A DNA stretch of 64,000 bases from Phallusia mammillata (lineage: Eukaryota): the NCBI GenBank assembly GCA_965637545.1, contig OZ281497.1, forward strand, positions 28,272,001-28,336,000, read 5' to 3'. The notes under the pieces are model-generated. The model worked only from the letters and a program-made list of their open reading frames with translations, did no database searches and had not been told where the DNA came from. Numbering within the stretch: position 1 is the first letter of the stretch; each line of letters opens with the position of its first letter. Shown in pieces: positions 11,512 to 24,700 of this stretch. Made by a program: the position numbers and the translations under genes.

Positions 11512-13084
11512 TTAGACCTTATGAGTAGCAAAGCTCCGATGACCATGAACTGCCAAAACAAAACTTGAATCTTTCCGAAATGTAAACCTGTAAGTCTGCA
11601 ATCTTTTTTTTTATGTCAAAATGATAGAATTTTTTTTAAATTTTCTTCAGTAACGTTTTGCATTGTTTATAGATATACCAAGTAGGGATTTGTTAATTTT
11701 CGTTGTTTCGCATAGAGTAAGCCGATAAAGTAAGCTAAACTTGCGGTTTATAATTTTTATGTGTTTGCTACGTTTACATTTTTTCCCATTACGCAAAATA
11801 ATTCTGAAACTTTGTATTGTGGTTTAATTGTTAAACAACGCACTTACCTGTACAAGTGCTCGCTGTAACTCCAGTCAGAATTTTATCTCCTAGAAGTAAT
11901 TGTTCATTAATCTTTGTGTTTCGACCATTAAAGCAGTTTATGATGTACACACAGATTTCACAAATCAACCTTAAACATTTGGATACAGACAACTTCAATT
12001 TGCTAAAACGGTCATATAACAACTTCAACTCAGCTGAAACGGCCATGTAGTTTTGCCTTCGGATTAAGCTAAAAGTTCCTTACCTGCGTCTACGTTTCTG
12101 AGCGGTTATAAATACAATAACTTTGCATGCAATCATAATAATAAAGGCAGTGCACGCTGCTGCTGTAAGCATGACCACGATCCTGTGAACTTTTTCACCC
12201 GCGGTTAAACCTTCAAACAAATTGCGCACATCTCCATTTTTTCAAAACATGGATTTTGGGTAAAAGGGTTAGGCCATACGGGTTCTTACGTACCTTGTAT
12301 TACGTACCTTGTATTAGCGGAAAGTTTGGTGGATGTTAAGATTGGGGTAGGGGTTGACTTAGATGAGTAAGTTTTGTGGATGGTAATTTAATGGTAGTAG
12401 TTATGGTTTAATAGTGGGTAGTTTGGTGGACGGATGGATGCTGGTAGTAATTGGTTTGATGGATGTTTGTATGATGGTAGAAGTTGTAGCGGGTAGTTTG
12501 GCTGTAGCTCTAACGTAAAAAGGATTAACTCGGTTGATTTAAAACGAAAACACCAATCTGTAAAAACAATGTGTCCAAACTGTTTGCATGGAAAGCAAAC
12601 TTAACTTTTAGTGGTCGTGTTTTCACTGAATTACTTTTGAGCCTACATTTTAAAGTCACAAAATCTAATGTAAGTCTGAAGCATGTTATTACCTATACGA
12701 CATTCCTGTCTTTTGTCTTTTTTAAGTAAATAAGGTTTTCTCACCTGGATTACCCTTTTGGCAGATGTATCCTGCAGCGTGCGTTCTACAACTCTTATCG
12801 AACCATTTGAAAATTTTCGTACGGCGTCGTTTCATGAAACGCAGAAATTAGTTTTTATAATTGCAAATAAAACTTCCATACCGAATGTATAAAAAGTTGT
12901 AGATTTCCTTAATTTTGACGTCAACTACATTAGCTTGCAATGACGAACATCCCATCTCAACCTCAACATATGTAGTAACTGGATTCATTTCGACGGAATA
13001 TTGAAATCCATTGAAGTTATGCCAATTTCGTGCCTTAGCAGAAACAGATGAGGACAACACAAACAACAAAACTAACAACACCAT
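11512..13084 (-). pseudogene. L5: TM-lysine-type lectin receptor, disrupted (exon 1 ~12880-13084 beside an exon-2 remnant 12745-~12845; stalk ~12292-12507; TM 12084-12210; 11848-11889; 11512-11549)
   Basis: The YIGA-WNDG-QPNN half of the CTLD is missing and KWFDKSCRTHAAGYICQK follows exon 1 within ~50 nt. In-frame TAA in the stalk. The linker exon is 42 nt versus 41 nt in L9, giving AGA TAA. The TM exon is open: IVVMLTAAACTAFIIMIACKVIVFITAQKRRRR. Confidence 0.82.
12286..12313. repeat. 14-bp tandem duplication that duplicates the L5 stalk-exon splice donor
   Basis: ttacgtaccttgta occurs twice, giving CAAG|GTACGT twice on the minus strand 14 nt apart. Confidence 0.85.
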
Positions 13085-16000
13085 CCTAATAGATTTGAAA
13101 ACATATAAGTTCCACTTATTTGCAATAGCATTAATGCACACATAAACCTAACGTTTTCAAAGTTTTGAGTTTACGTCAATCTAAAGTACACTTCAGTTTG
13201 CTTGCTTTAAATACCAGCTAGATTAAATTCTATTGGTAACCCAAACGTAAAATGGTTAATTCTAGACAAACTGATCAATACAAAAAAACTGTTAGCATCA
13301 ATTTCATTCTTTGCGTTATTGCATAGCTTAATAAGAAACGTCTCATTTTGTGAACTGTGTTGTTAAAGACTGGCAAAGAGCTTGGACATTAAGCTGCCAA
13401 GAACGTCTATGTGAATAGAACATAATTCTTTAAATAAAAATAGTCCCTTAACGGTTAAATAAAAGGGTATTACCGAATGCGTATATAGGTATTTTAATTG
13501 CATTATGTTCATTAAATATGTTGATATGTTGAGACGAACTAAATTGGTAAAGAAGTCAAATCTGAGTACAGAGTGAAAATATTCCGTTGCCAAACGTTCG
13601 TTATTTTCCTTAATATGTGGTTAAAATTTCGATTGCTGAGTATTTTAGCATGACATATAAAAAGTATTTTATGGTTTGGAAACACTGCTGATTACATGTG
13701 TGTGATAATGTACGCATAAAACGCAAAGTGACAGCCCAATTTAGATAAGTATCACAGATTTTATTGCGATAGGCCAAACTCATTATTACGTTTGTTTAAA
13801 ATTTAAACGTTTAAGATGCCTCCGTGGACGAAAAAGTCTACGTCAGATCAGCGGATGTCGGATCCAACTACAAATAATGTACATTCACACAATATAGCAA
13901 AATATATATAATTTAGTTCATATCGCAAAAATACATAATTTAATTATTTTCCGCCTCAAACGGAATGGTTTTGATTTAAAAGTTATAACTTAATAATAAA
14001 TGAAAGAAGTTGGTACAGATTAAGAAAAATTAAGCAGTTCGAAATTTGTCATTTTTTTAAATACAAAAAGAAATAACAGTAAAAGTTATGAGGAACTTCC
14101 ATATATTTACCTATCCCTTCCGTTGTATTTAATTACTGCTGATGCGTTAACGTTCATTTACTGATGCAGTCACACAATGTACAACGCATTACTTTAGTCA
14201 AAACTAATTGAATTTGTTAACAGCTGCATATTTATTTCAGAAGAATGTCACTACAGCTTCTGTACTAATCAAGTAAAAAGTCCTATCTGACTTCACAGTG
14301 GAAACTGTCCAAAGCGCAAAAATTTTTGTGTGCTGCGAAAATTTTGTTTGATTTAAAATCGTTGTAAAACTACAAATCTAATCACACACAAAAAATATGT
14401 TAAACAAACGTCTGTTTAACACTCTTTGTATTTTCAATCTGTTTTTTTGCTCCTTCATAAAGAATATTCTTAAATGTACAAAGCGGACACATTTATTCAT
14501 TGCCACAGTTATGCACTGAAATTTAAAACTTTTGAATATTCTCAACATGACACAGTTTGCAAGCACAATTTGATGCAATCACAATAAACTAATTTGTGCA
14601 ATCGTTTTGCTGGTTTTGCAATACGTGCATTTGGACTGGAACAAACTCTAAAACCCTTAAAATGTTTTATTTTTGTGGACGAATCAAGTGTACTTACGCC
14701 ACCTTTGTTTTACGTCAACCACAGATTCATATGGTCTGTTTTCACAAAGCGCATATATCATCGTATACGCTATAGCGAACACCAATTTACGCATCATTAT
14801 TACTGAAGTTTGGACTTTGGTGATAAATGAGTAATTTGAATAGGTGATGCTACACAAGTCAGTTAATAGCGACATAAAAAACAATAAAATACGTAGCGAC
14901 ACAGCACGAGGCAGTAAAATGTTGAGGACACATTAAGTGACGTTACATTTACACCGTCGGTTGCCAAAGCAAAACGCCCATTTGCGGTTTAGGTGAGATT
15001 ATAAGCACAAGTTTATTGCAAAGAAACACTTCATGGCCTGTAATGACTTCTTTACTAAGTCGTTTTCTGTAAAAAGCTGAGCTGACTTTATTTCTGAATC
15101 ACAATTGTTTTAATGTCTATTTGAATCTAAGCAGCCTTGTTTTCTTTCGCTTATAAGTTAATTACCGTTTTTACAACGCATTTGTCACAGGAAAGGGCGC
15201 CCGTATCGTTGAATACAGAAACCAAGGTGGAGTTTGTACAATCCACAGTAACGCAATGTACATTTAAAATCTACTTGTGATTTTTATAATTATACGTTTG
15301 CTTTAAAACCGAAACATCGCATTCATCGCGACAGCAGGCAAAGCAAAAACGGTAATGAAGACAATTATTATAACAGTTTTGTCCGTAGAATTTTACCCGC
15401 TGAAACGTAGTTGTTACAGGATGTAAATCATGAATCAACTAATGCGACAAATCAATTTAAAATTAAATTTTATAAAACAAAGGCAATCAAAAGTTAATTA
15501 CATTCAAAACTGGTTATATAAAGTGTATAATATGCAAATACAGTTATCTAAATTGTAGACAAAATCAAATACTCGAAGAAACAAATAATAAATGAAATAA
15601 TACCAACACAGAACTAATAGATCTAGTTGAGACAAAGATCGAGTATCTTGTTGAACTGTACATTTGTATGCTTTCGATTTACTGATTTCAATGCAACTTA
15701 AAGCGATTTTGTTACACAACACCAATGTGTCTGTTTGTTTATTTGCTTGTTTTGAGAAGTCATATTTTTAAATCGTTTTCCAATATTTTTGAATCGTTTT
15801 CCAACGTTTTAGGCCTTGTGTGTGCTCCGATGATGGAAAAACTGCAAAAAAGAAACTCAGCACAAAATGTAAACTTGCAGGTCTGAATTTTTCCCACTTT
15901 ATATGTCGTTGGTATATATATCTTTGATTTACAAAGGTTTTGCATTTAAACTTCTAACAAGTTACAATTTGATGTAAATATGTCTTTTTCTGTAGTGCGT

Positions 16001-16180
16001 TAACATTAAGTAACATCAATGTAATTTTAAATATAGATATTTTGCAACCCGAGAAAAATCAACGTTTTACCCATTAGTTTCACGAGTTTCACTGAGTTCA
16101 AAAGCATAAAATAAATTATACAAGGCCTGTTGTTTTGCCTTCACTATGAGCTAAAAGCTTGTTACCTGCGTCAACGTTTA

Positions 16181-19100
16181 TCAGCGGTGACGAATACAAA
16201 CTACTTTGCATGCTACTATGATAACTACGGCAGGGAGGGCTGCTGCTATGAGAATGAAGACGATCTGGTAAACTTTTCCGCCAGCTGCTGAACCTTTAAA
16301 CCAATTGCGTACAACGAAAAACATGGTTCATGGTTGTTATTAGAAAAGTTTTACGTACTTAAATGATCATAGTGGTTCTTAACTTACTTTGTACAGCGGC
16401 GGCAGTAGTTTGGGTGATTGTTGCAGTTGATAGTATAACTGTAGTTGCGTTGATAGATTTGGAGCGCGCTGTTTTGTTAGTTTTACTGAATTTTAACATG
16501 GAAGTAGTGGTTGGTTTCATACTGGTTCGTTTGTTGTATGGTTGTGTGGTGGTTGTAGTAGGTTCGACACTAATTGGTTTGCGGAATGGTACAATAATGG
16601 TGGTGACAGATTTGTAAGATGTTTGTATGGTGGTAGTGGCAAATTTGGTGGTTAATATGTTATTGGATAGCAATTTTGTTGTAGTGGTTGGTTTATTGGT
16701 AATTATTTTTGTGGATGGTAGTTTTGTAAATGTGGTTGATTTACTAGAAGTCGATTCAATCGATAACTTTGTGGTTGTAGTGGGTAGTTTGGTTGTAGCT
16801 GTAACGTAAAAATAAATCTTTAACTCGATTGATTCAAAACAAAAACGTCAATCTGTGAAAACTGTTCAGTTTGAAATATTAGGCAATTTAACCACTTGTC
16901 TCTTTTTTAAATATATAAGGTTTTCTCACCTGAAATAAATCTCTGGCAAATGTATCCTGCATACAATCTTACTGAATATTGTTATCAAAAACAGATTAAA
17001 AGAATTCATTCACTCCACGAGTTCAAAATGTTAAATTTCCATTAAATTTGAATATTCCATTTTTACTTTTCCCAGTTTCACAGTTTGAAGTTTGACACAA
17101 ATAAAAACACCTCGGGAAAAATCGGCTGTTTTTTATCACTAAACTCATATAGCTGTAATAATTGTTTGCAATTTTCTTGCTTAAAAATCGTTTCGTTTTG
17201 TAGTAAAACATATAAACAACACGTGCCTCAAATAAAAGCTTGGTTTAATAACGATTACTTTAATGACGCCAAGCAACTTTTTTATGCCAAATCCAATAAG
17301 AGCACAGGTGAGTTGATTCCCATTTAATTCATGACAAGTCATAACTGTTATACCAACCAGTGAACAAAGTTAAGCAACAAATGATTACCCAGTATGCCAG
17401 GATATTGACCAATTATGATATTATTTGGATCAGGTTAGCTAATTTCATCGACAGGACACAAACGCCCCTAACCTCGCAAAGTTTTACATGAAAGGCCCTG
17501 CGTTAATAATTACAAAATTAGGTTGTGGTTGTGTAGTGCAAAGGTGTTATTTACTAAGGTTAGTAATTGTTTTGTGTTTCCATGTTACCTCCAGTATAAC
17601 CTTTTATAGATCTAACAACATGAGCAATACTATTTACATTGTAATGGACCAAAAGCCAATTCCAGTAAAATGGAACTCAAGAAAACAAATTCAAAACTGA
17701 AAACAAGATCAAACTGTGTTTTATTCTAAAGATTTACAACAGGGATCGGCAACCTATATTATTTCGTCTATATCGTTTTGTATCACAATCGCTATTCTAA
17801 CAAACACACAAACAACTCCAAATACGTGCATTCAAGTGCAAGTAACTTTGTTGCGATATTGTTCCAAGTGTGCTAAATTAAGGATCCGAAAATACTCGAC
17901 CAATGTAGTGCGACCAACACCATACAGTCCAATGCCCGGGTCCCAACGAAGCTGCCATGGTTACGACTAATTATTTTTTTTATTACCGTGGTGGGCGGCT
18001 TTATCGCTTTAAATCCAGTTTTTGTAGTATATATTTAAGAAAGGTTAGAGACGGTCACGGATAATAAAATATTTTCGTCTATTTTTTGCGATGTCCGTTG
18101 CTTTGCCAAATAAACATTGCCGAGAGCAACAATTTAACTAGAATTGATCGCAATTAAAGGGTAAAAAATTGGCCCGCTGCGACTTGGCAAACCTTCGTTT
18201 TGGCCCGCTGCGGATCAAATGTGGAATGAGGCCAGAGTTAATTTTAACATATTTTGTAGTAAATTCCACCTGGTCCTTCTTGCCCTAATCAAAAAAAAGA
18301 TATATCACCTGAAACAATTTTCTGGCAAACGTATCCATTTGACGTTGTACATGGTGCATCATACCATCTGCTCTTTTTGGTCCGTGCACTTGGTGTGTAG
18401 AAGATTATTATGCAGTTATCTTTTTCACTAAAATTATTTGGTTGTCCTCTACTCCACATGTTGGCTGGAACATGAACATCACTTCCGTCATTCCAGCGAA
18501 ATTTATTTGTGTTGCCGATCCTTTTTGCACCGATGTAAAACGAGTGAGAATGTCCTTAAACAACAAATTACAATGTAAACAGACGGAAAGGTCTGTGTAC
18601 GTTCGTTCCACCAAACACAGAAGCTTGTGAAAGCATTTGTGCATAAAGATATGCAAGGATTACTCAACCGATCTTCGGTTGTTTACAGACTGAAATGTTC
18701 TTGTGGAAAAACCTACATTGGAGAAACCAGGCGAAACCTTGGAACGCGAGTTCATGAACACCAACAAATCGAAACGTCCGAGGAGTGTCAACACCTTCAG
18801 GCCAACAAAGACCATGTAGTGGACTTTAAAAACCCGGAAGTGCTTGGGACAGCCAGGGACCGCTATCGACTTATGTTACTGGAATCAATTTTCATTCAAC
18901 GCTATAAGCCGGAATTAAACGTTGATTCTAAGTCGGTTCCTTTGTATTTGTTTAATACCTGATTAACTTGTTGCGTATTTTGATGTAGCGTGCTGTCCTA
19001 CTATTGTTTCTTTGTTTGTAAATATATTGTATGTCGTAGTTGCTCTGCACCTGTTTGGTCAGACGCACACATTTGCAGGTGGCTTACACCTCGCTTCTGC

Positions 19101-19706
19101 GCACCTTTTTATCTATCGTTTTTATGCGACACTTGTATCGCACCTTTTTATCATTCTTTTATGCGACTAAAGTGTATATAACTGGGTGCAATTGATGTGG
19201 CCTTCATATCACTGATGATGGCATGAGCATTTGCCGAAACGTTTGAACAACAAAGCATGTCGCTTTTAACGTCTATTTGGGCCGTTATTTTCACCATTAA
19301 ACTTATGAACAGATCCGTATATAGTGTTCCAAAGGACACATTTAAGTTTCATAAATTCAGTGATAGGACAGCAATGATAGAATTGCAGTTTTCTACAATT
19401 AGCTGTTTTATTAATAGACACAATGAACTTATTAACGACGAACACGGATGAAAGCAAAGGAAATTCCTTGTTTATAAACCAAATCTTACTTGCTTGGCTA
19501 AAAATAGTTCTCAAAAAGTTGTTGATTTCCGTGGTTTTGACGTAAGCTAAAGTACCCTGCAATGCCGAACATCCCATCTCTGCTTCATCATATGAGTTGA
19601 CCGAACTTAATTCGATTAAGTACTGAATTCCTTCTAAGGTATACCAAGTTGTTTTCTCAGCAGATGCACATAAACTAACCACAAACAAAAAAACTAACAA
19701 ATTCAT
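16181..19706 (-). CDS. L6: C-type lectin/mucin receptor with TM lysine and truncated tail (exons 19490-19706, 18309-18554, 16388-16798, 16181-16293)
   Basis: Exons 1-3 are open and phase-consistent. CTLD: FYIGAKR..WNDG..QPNN..DNC..WYDAPC..YVC. The TM exon is 128 nt versus 127 nt in L5/L9; the extra T gives IVFILIAAALPAVVIIVACKVVCIRHR* (TGA 16181-16183). Confidence 0.75.
16930..16956 (-). other. Relict 3' end of a second CTLD exon 2 (GYICQRFIS) in L6 intron 2
   Basis: gcag|GA TAC ATT TGC CAG AGA TTT ATT TCA G|gtgag, 27 nt, phase 1-1. The following intron resembles the one after the L5 exon-2 remnant. Confidence 0.7.
18570..19460 (+). mobile_element. 5'-truncated Penelope-like retroelement: GIY-YIG endonuclease C-terminus (ORF 18627-18962) followed by pLTR, antisense in L6 intron 1
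   Basis: VVYRLKCSCGKTYIGETRRNLGTRVHEH is the PLE GIY-YIG (Uri) signature. It is followed by a 3' UTR, a hammerhead motif and a short restart ORF (MNRSVYSVPK...). Boundaries are approximate. Confidence 0.88.
19199..19283 (+). ncRNA. Type I hammerhead ribozyme of the Penelope pLTR
   Basis: CUGAUGA 19212-19218, one extra U, stem II GGCA/UGCC (19220-23/19232-35), GAAA 19236-39. Stem III ACGUU (19239-43) pairs with AACGU (19268-72). GUC cleavage triplet at 19271-73. Stem I is imperfect (GGCC..AUA / UAU..GGCC). Confidence 0.7.
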
Positions 19707-21749
19707 GTTGTACAGAAGCAACTAAAAGTAGATTTTACTTCAATAAATTGAATTCTTACACAGACAATGAATACTATTAAACACAGCACTTCAATAAATT
19801 TGCTTTTATAATCCGTAAATTAAGATTTTTAAAAACTTCGAATGCCTTCTCAATAAAAATATATTGGTTTTTCCATCCCCCAACACTGCGACCGCTTTAA
19901 TACTATTCGGACATGATATGCCATTGACAGATCGTTCAAGCAGTCACGTAACGTGACTTTCACACTTAGAAAAAATAAATAAACACATCGAAAGGCAAAT
20001 ATGTTGACTTACTTCTATAGATAGTGTAAAGCAGTCAGCATAATATAAATATCTTAATGTCGCTTAACGGTCATATCATTTAAATTATAATACAATACAA
20101 AACGCTATGCAAATGATGCTTGCATGCGGATTGTATATGGTGTCAATCAAAGTTAAGTTTATTTCCATGTATAGAAACTGTCTTTGTAGTATAACATATA
20201 TAATGTATGTCTTCGATAGTGTTAAACAAACCAACAAACGATTTTTTATTGATTGTCGAAATGACAAATGGTCGGTTGAAAAGAAATTGGGTTTATCGGA
20301 TTTATTCGTGTGTAAAAGTAAACACTTTTTCAATGTTGTGTGGTCAGAGATGATTCTGCTTAACAAGCAACAGTAAGCCTTATTGCATATCTCCGGTGTT
20401 TGTACCCGGCGACCCCAACATTCTTTAGGCCAAAACTATACAGACACAGTTACAAACGTTGGAATAAAGAGCAGAGTTTAACTTTGTCACTTGACCAGCG
20501 CCTGTTCCTAATTTGTTCACCGAATTTTTAAACCTCCCGTAACAATAACTGGCCAAACTCGCCATGACTATTTACTACAGATGAAACAATGGTGGCTGAA
20601 CCAAGTAAAAAGGAGACCCTATTAATTTGGCCTGGTACGCGAAAAAGTGAAACTAAACGGTAGCGTCTGCAGCATTAGATTTGGGACGTACAGAAACAGT
20701 CCACAACACTTAATAAGATGATGCGACGTTTAAGGCACATGTAACAATAATAAACGAGTGTTGATAATCGAACTGACGTTTGAGGTTTTTTGTGGAATTG
20801 CGAAAGTACGGAGAAAAATAAACAGGAGCTATTGTTTAGCCTAACAAAATCAAAAATCGGTTGTATGATTAAAATGCCTAATAATAATACCAGCATAAAA
20901 ATAAACTGTCAAGTGCATACACAGTATGTGCAGCACAAACCTAACATAATTTAGTTTCTTCTATATGACAAACTGACGAAAGAAAAAGTACAATACTTTT
21001 GAAAGATAATGTGGAAACATATACAAAATACACGTATCTTAGTTGTTGTCAAAATCGGTAAAATGTTTCAGATTACAAAAATTAACAGACCATTACAGAA
21101 GTTAAAAAAAACGTCTTTGCAAAGAAATATGAGACATAGTAAAAGTGTGTTCTGTGGATACATGCAACAATACAGCATTCTGACACAACTAATCAAAAAC
21201 AAGTTTTGAAACACATCAATGGGTAGGATAGTTTGATTTATCAACAAAGAAATCAAATGTACCAAAGGTAGAAATAAAAAAAAATCACTACAAATGTGCG
21301 CAAACTCAATTTCCTCTTCAAAACCATTGGAAACAACAAAGTGTCAACAATATGACAAGAAGTAAACAAAACAAACAACACATTAAAGGAGGAACAAGAG
21401 TTCACTGCAGTAAATTTCAACTTCCTGCAATTTTAATTGACACAGATGTTGACCAAGTCCTTCAAGTAAGTTCATTTTATAGTTATTTCATAGACCAGTG
21501 GCTCTTAATCGTTTTTACGTTTAGATTCTTTGAATTTTATTATATCTACGTATTGCTTATCTGCAATAAATGACAGAAATAACGAAGTAACAGTGTATTT
21601 GCAGCGCGTTTACCTGCTATCTACCAACTGTGCCCTCTACAACTTTGTCGCGCTTTATGACGTCTCATATTGTTTAGCTATTTACAGCAAGGTGAATATT
21701 TTTGTGCCATTGAGCTGCTACTATTTTTTTTGCACCGAGTGAGAGACGT

Positions 21750-24700
21750 TTATACAAAAGTGCTCAAGACATTATATGGGTTTTTGCTCTCACCCTGCTC
21801 AACGTAAAGTTGCCCGTATGCATTAGCGCTGTCTCCGGGATTTTCCGGTTTATCCCGCGTAAGATGGCTGCAAGCATCTTGACTATCCTGTGACTGATGA
21901 GGGGTGCTGTATATTTCTGCTGCTACTGTTTCAAGGTTAGATTGACCGGCATTAGTTGCTTGCTGTTTATTATTTACCACACTGTACCTAGCATTGTTGG
22001 CCGGAGTCCCATCAGAAGCCAAAGAATATTGGTCATTTTGATTCGCCAGTAATTGATTGGCGCTTATTTCGACGACATTACCGTTTTTTCGTGCTGCAGA
22101 TGGCGTCACTGGTTGCTCTTGGACATGAAAGCTTGTTAAGACAGGATTGTTGTGTGTTTCGTCCGGTTCAAAATGATGAGCTGTTGTTAAAACTAATAAC
22201 GTATTTGTTGCCAAAATAAACTAAAGTTTAGCACAACTGCATTCTGCTTACAAAGTTGTGGGTTTTAAGCTCGTTTCGACCACTTGTGTTTTCCTGAGCA
22301 AGGAACTAACATTGATTCAGCTGATGGATTTAAACTAAAAGTAAAGTCTACTACTCATATTAAAAAGGATCCAATGGATTTTAATGAGACTAGTTAGTCA
22401 AACAGCAGAGCTCACCAAGCATTAGTACAAAATAAGAAACAAGAAAAGCAGATTGCTAAACGAAGCACATTGAATTGTCCAAAAAATTCCTTCGGTCAAA
22501 GTACACTACTTCAAGCTTTTTGCCACACGTTTGTCACCTGTGTTGAAAAGGTTTCCCAAATCATTAAGTTCTGTAGGTTGCCGTAAGCTGCAAAAACAAT
22601 AGAGTATTTTTATCTTTAGCAAGGTAAAAAAGTAACAAGCAGTTGATTCAGAATTAAAAGCGGCCTCGAAAATGTGACCCAAACTCGAAGCCCTTCTCAA
22701 ACAGTAAAGACTGATATATCATATAGTTTCATTCCAACCTAAAACACGGCCGGCTTTACTTATACCTTTGTGTTGATTAAATAACAGTGTTGCCTTTGTT
22801 TATTCTGTGAGGCGTTGTACGATTTAGTTTGTTCAGTTTAACGGATCATTGTACACTTTGGATGCCTGACATATAAATTATGCAAATTACCGTTTTTTCC
22901 GACGTCTTTTTGACTTCACGAAGGCGATGACGAGGCATATTACGATGATTGTGACACAACTGCCCACAACTGAAACAACGATGATTGTGGTGGAGTTCGA
23001 TTCAGGGGTGGATTCTATAAATTTGCAAGGGCATTAAAAGTACTTGCTCGCAGCAATTTAACTTATGACAGGAGAGCGTCGAACCAGTGGTCAGGGTAAA
23101 AAAAACATAAACTAAAACCCTTCCGAATTTCTACTAATAAGCATTGCTCTGTGTAAGTTGGACTGCCACTTTATTGATGTTAATAAACTCAAATGGTGTC
23201 CCGGTTTCGTTTGTGTTGCTCACAAAAAAATCCACGAACGCTGAGTTTCGTTTCAGCTTATGCAAGAGCAGAGATGTGCGACTTTTATCACTGATTGGCC
23301 AAATACTTTTAAATAGATTTGACCGCAGGCCGCGCCTTGATATAACACAAGTTGACTTTAAATCATTGCATAGCAATCGTGCCTATTTTAAGTCATCTGC
23401 TAGCAGTAAGATTCGGAAATGATTCTAACCGCAATGTAATGTTGTAGAAATATAGTAATGGACTCATTGAACTGCTCAGAAACAAAACTTTCTGAAGTTC
23501 AAGATATTAAAAGTTGCCTGAAAGTGTGGGTGCGACTGATTCCGTTCCAACCAGCGACTTAAAAATGGTGGTTGAGGAAACTGGTTTGTGTTCGTTTGCT
23601 GTTTTTCCGGTTGTTTGTGTGATTGTTTTTGGTCTGTCTGTGGTGGTAGTGATGGTTTTGGTTATGGTGGATTGTGGAAGTGTTGTGGTTGTAGTGGTTG
23701 GTTTGGATGTGATTGTCATGGATGTTGGTTTGGGTGTGGTGGTAGTTGTAGTGGTTGGTTTGGGTTTGTCTCCGGGAGTAGTCCTTGTTTTAGTGGTAGT
23801 TTCTGGAACGACAGAATATTATAATTTTACTCTTTCCTAATAAGATATGATAATGAGCATATTTAATTACGTTACTCTTTTATCACTACAAAATACAATA
23901 AGATTAGGATATGTAGAATATGTCACAAATGTTATGTTTAATGTCGTATCTATTTTGCTATTTATATCACATAACAACCAAGGGGTTAAACGACCTTGTG
24001 CGTATAAATTTGCATAAAAGGGGACAAAATTTAATAAACATAGATACACACGAAGAAAAAACGTTAATAAACATTCACGCCAAATTTTGTTTTTTCAAAA
24101 ATAAAAACGTTTTTTTGGTCATGCTACATACGTGTGACTTTCCTTTGACAAATGAATTTGGTTTTGATGTCGCATGGAACGTCTCTGAACTTGAACTTTG
24201 GATAGTAAGTAAACTCATCGCCCATCGTCACACAATTCTCACGTCCATTTTGATTATTCGGTTCTCCTTCAAACCACAGAGATAAAGAATCGTCAAACTT
24301 GCTTCCATCACTCCACTGAAACTTGTAATCATCGCCAATTCTTTTTGCGCCAATATAAAATGAGTAAGGTTGACCTTAAAAGAGAGAATTTGCTTTAAAA
24401 AGTGACCGAGAATTCAGAAACCACATATGAAGGGTTCAAACTAAGAACTTGTTTTTTAACACAGCAAATCCCATGATATTTATTTTCAGTTGCGCATGCG
24501 TAATTGCATGCAAATGAGATGCAACTGGTTGACGGCAAAGAGACGATATCGGCAATATGGTGGAGTGATCGGTTAATTGAAACTAGTCAGTGTACGCAGG
24601 TTGCAAAAACGAAATTGTTGTACGTTATTGGTCCTGTAAATGTAAGTACACGTAACACGTGGTTGCTAAGGAACTGGGAGGAGGAAAGCAACACAATGCT

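Noticed and set aside
11512-11549. Second TM helix from reading the last L5/L9 exon in phase 0 (FMVIGALLLI)
   Set aside because: The preceding exon ends in phase 1 in L9, and the phase-0 frame has a stop in L9.
17740-18260. hAT MITE with left TIR cagggatcggcaac
   Set aside because: The apparent right TIR at ~18510 is coding sequence of L6 exon 2 (RIGNT), and no TSD was found, so boundaries are unsupported.
19266-19489. C-terminal half of the 151-aa ORF 19266-19721 as real protein
   Set aside because: It runs past the A|GTAAGA donor at 19489 into intron and Penelope sequence.
20390-20700. Possible solo LTR (also 36612-36990)
   Set aside because: No convincing paired TG..CA ends, TSD or second copy could be identified.
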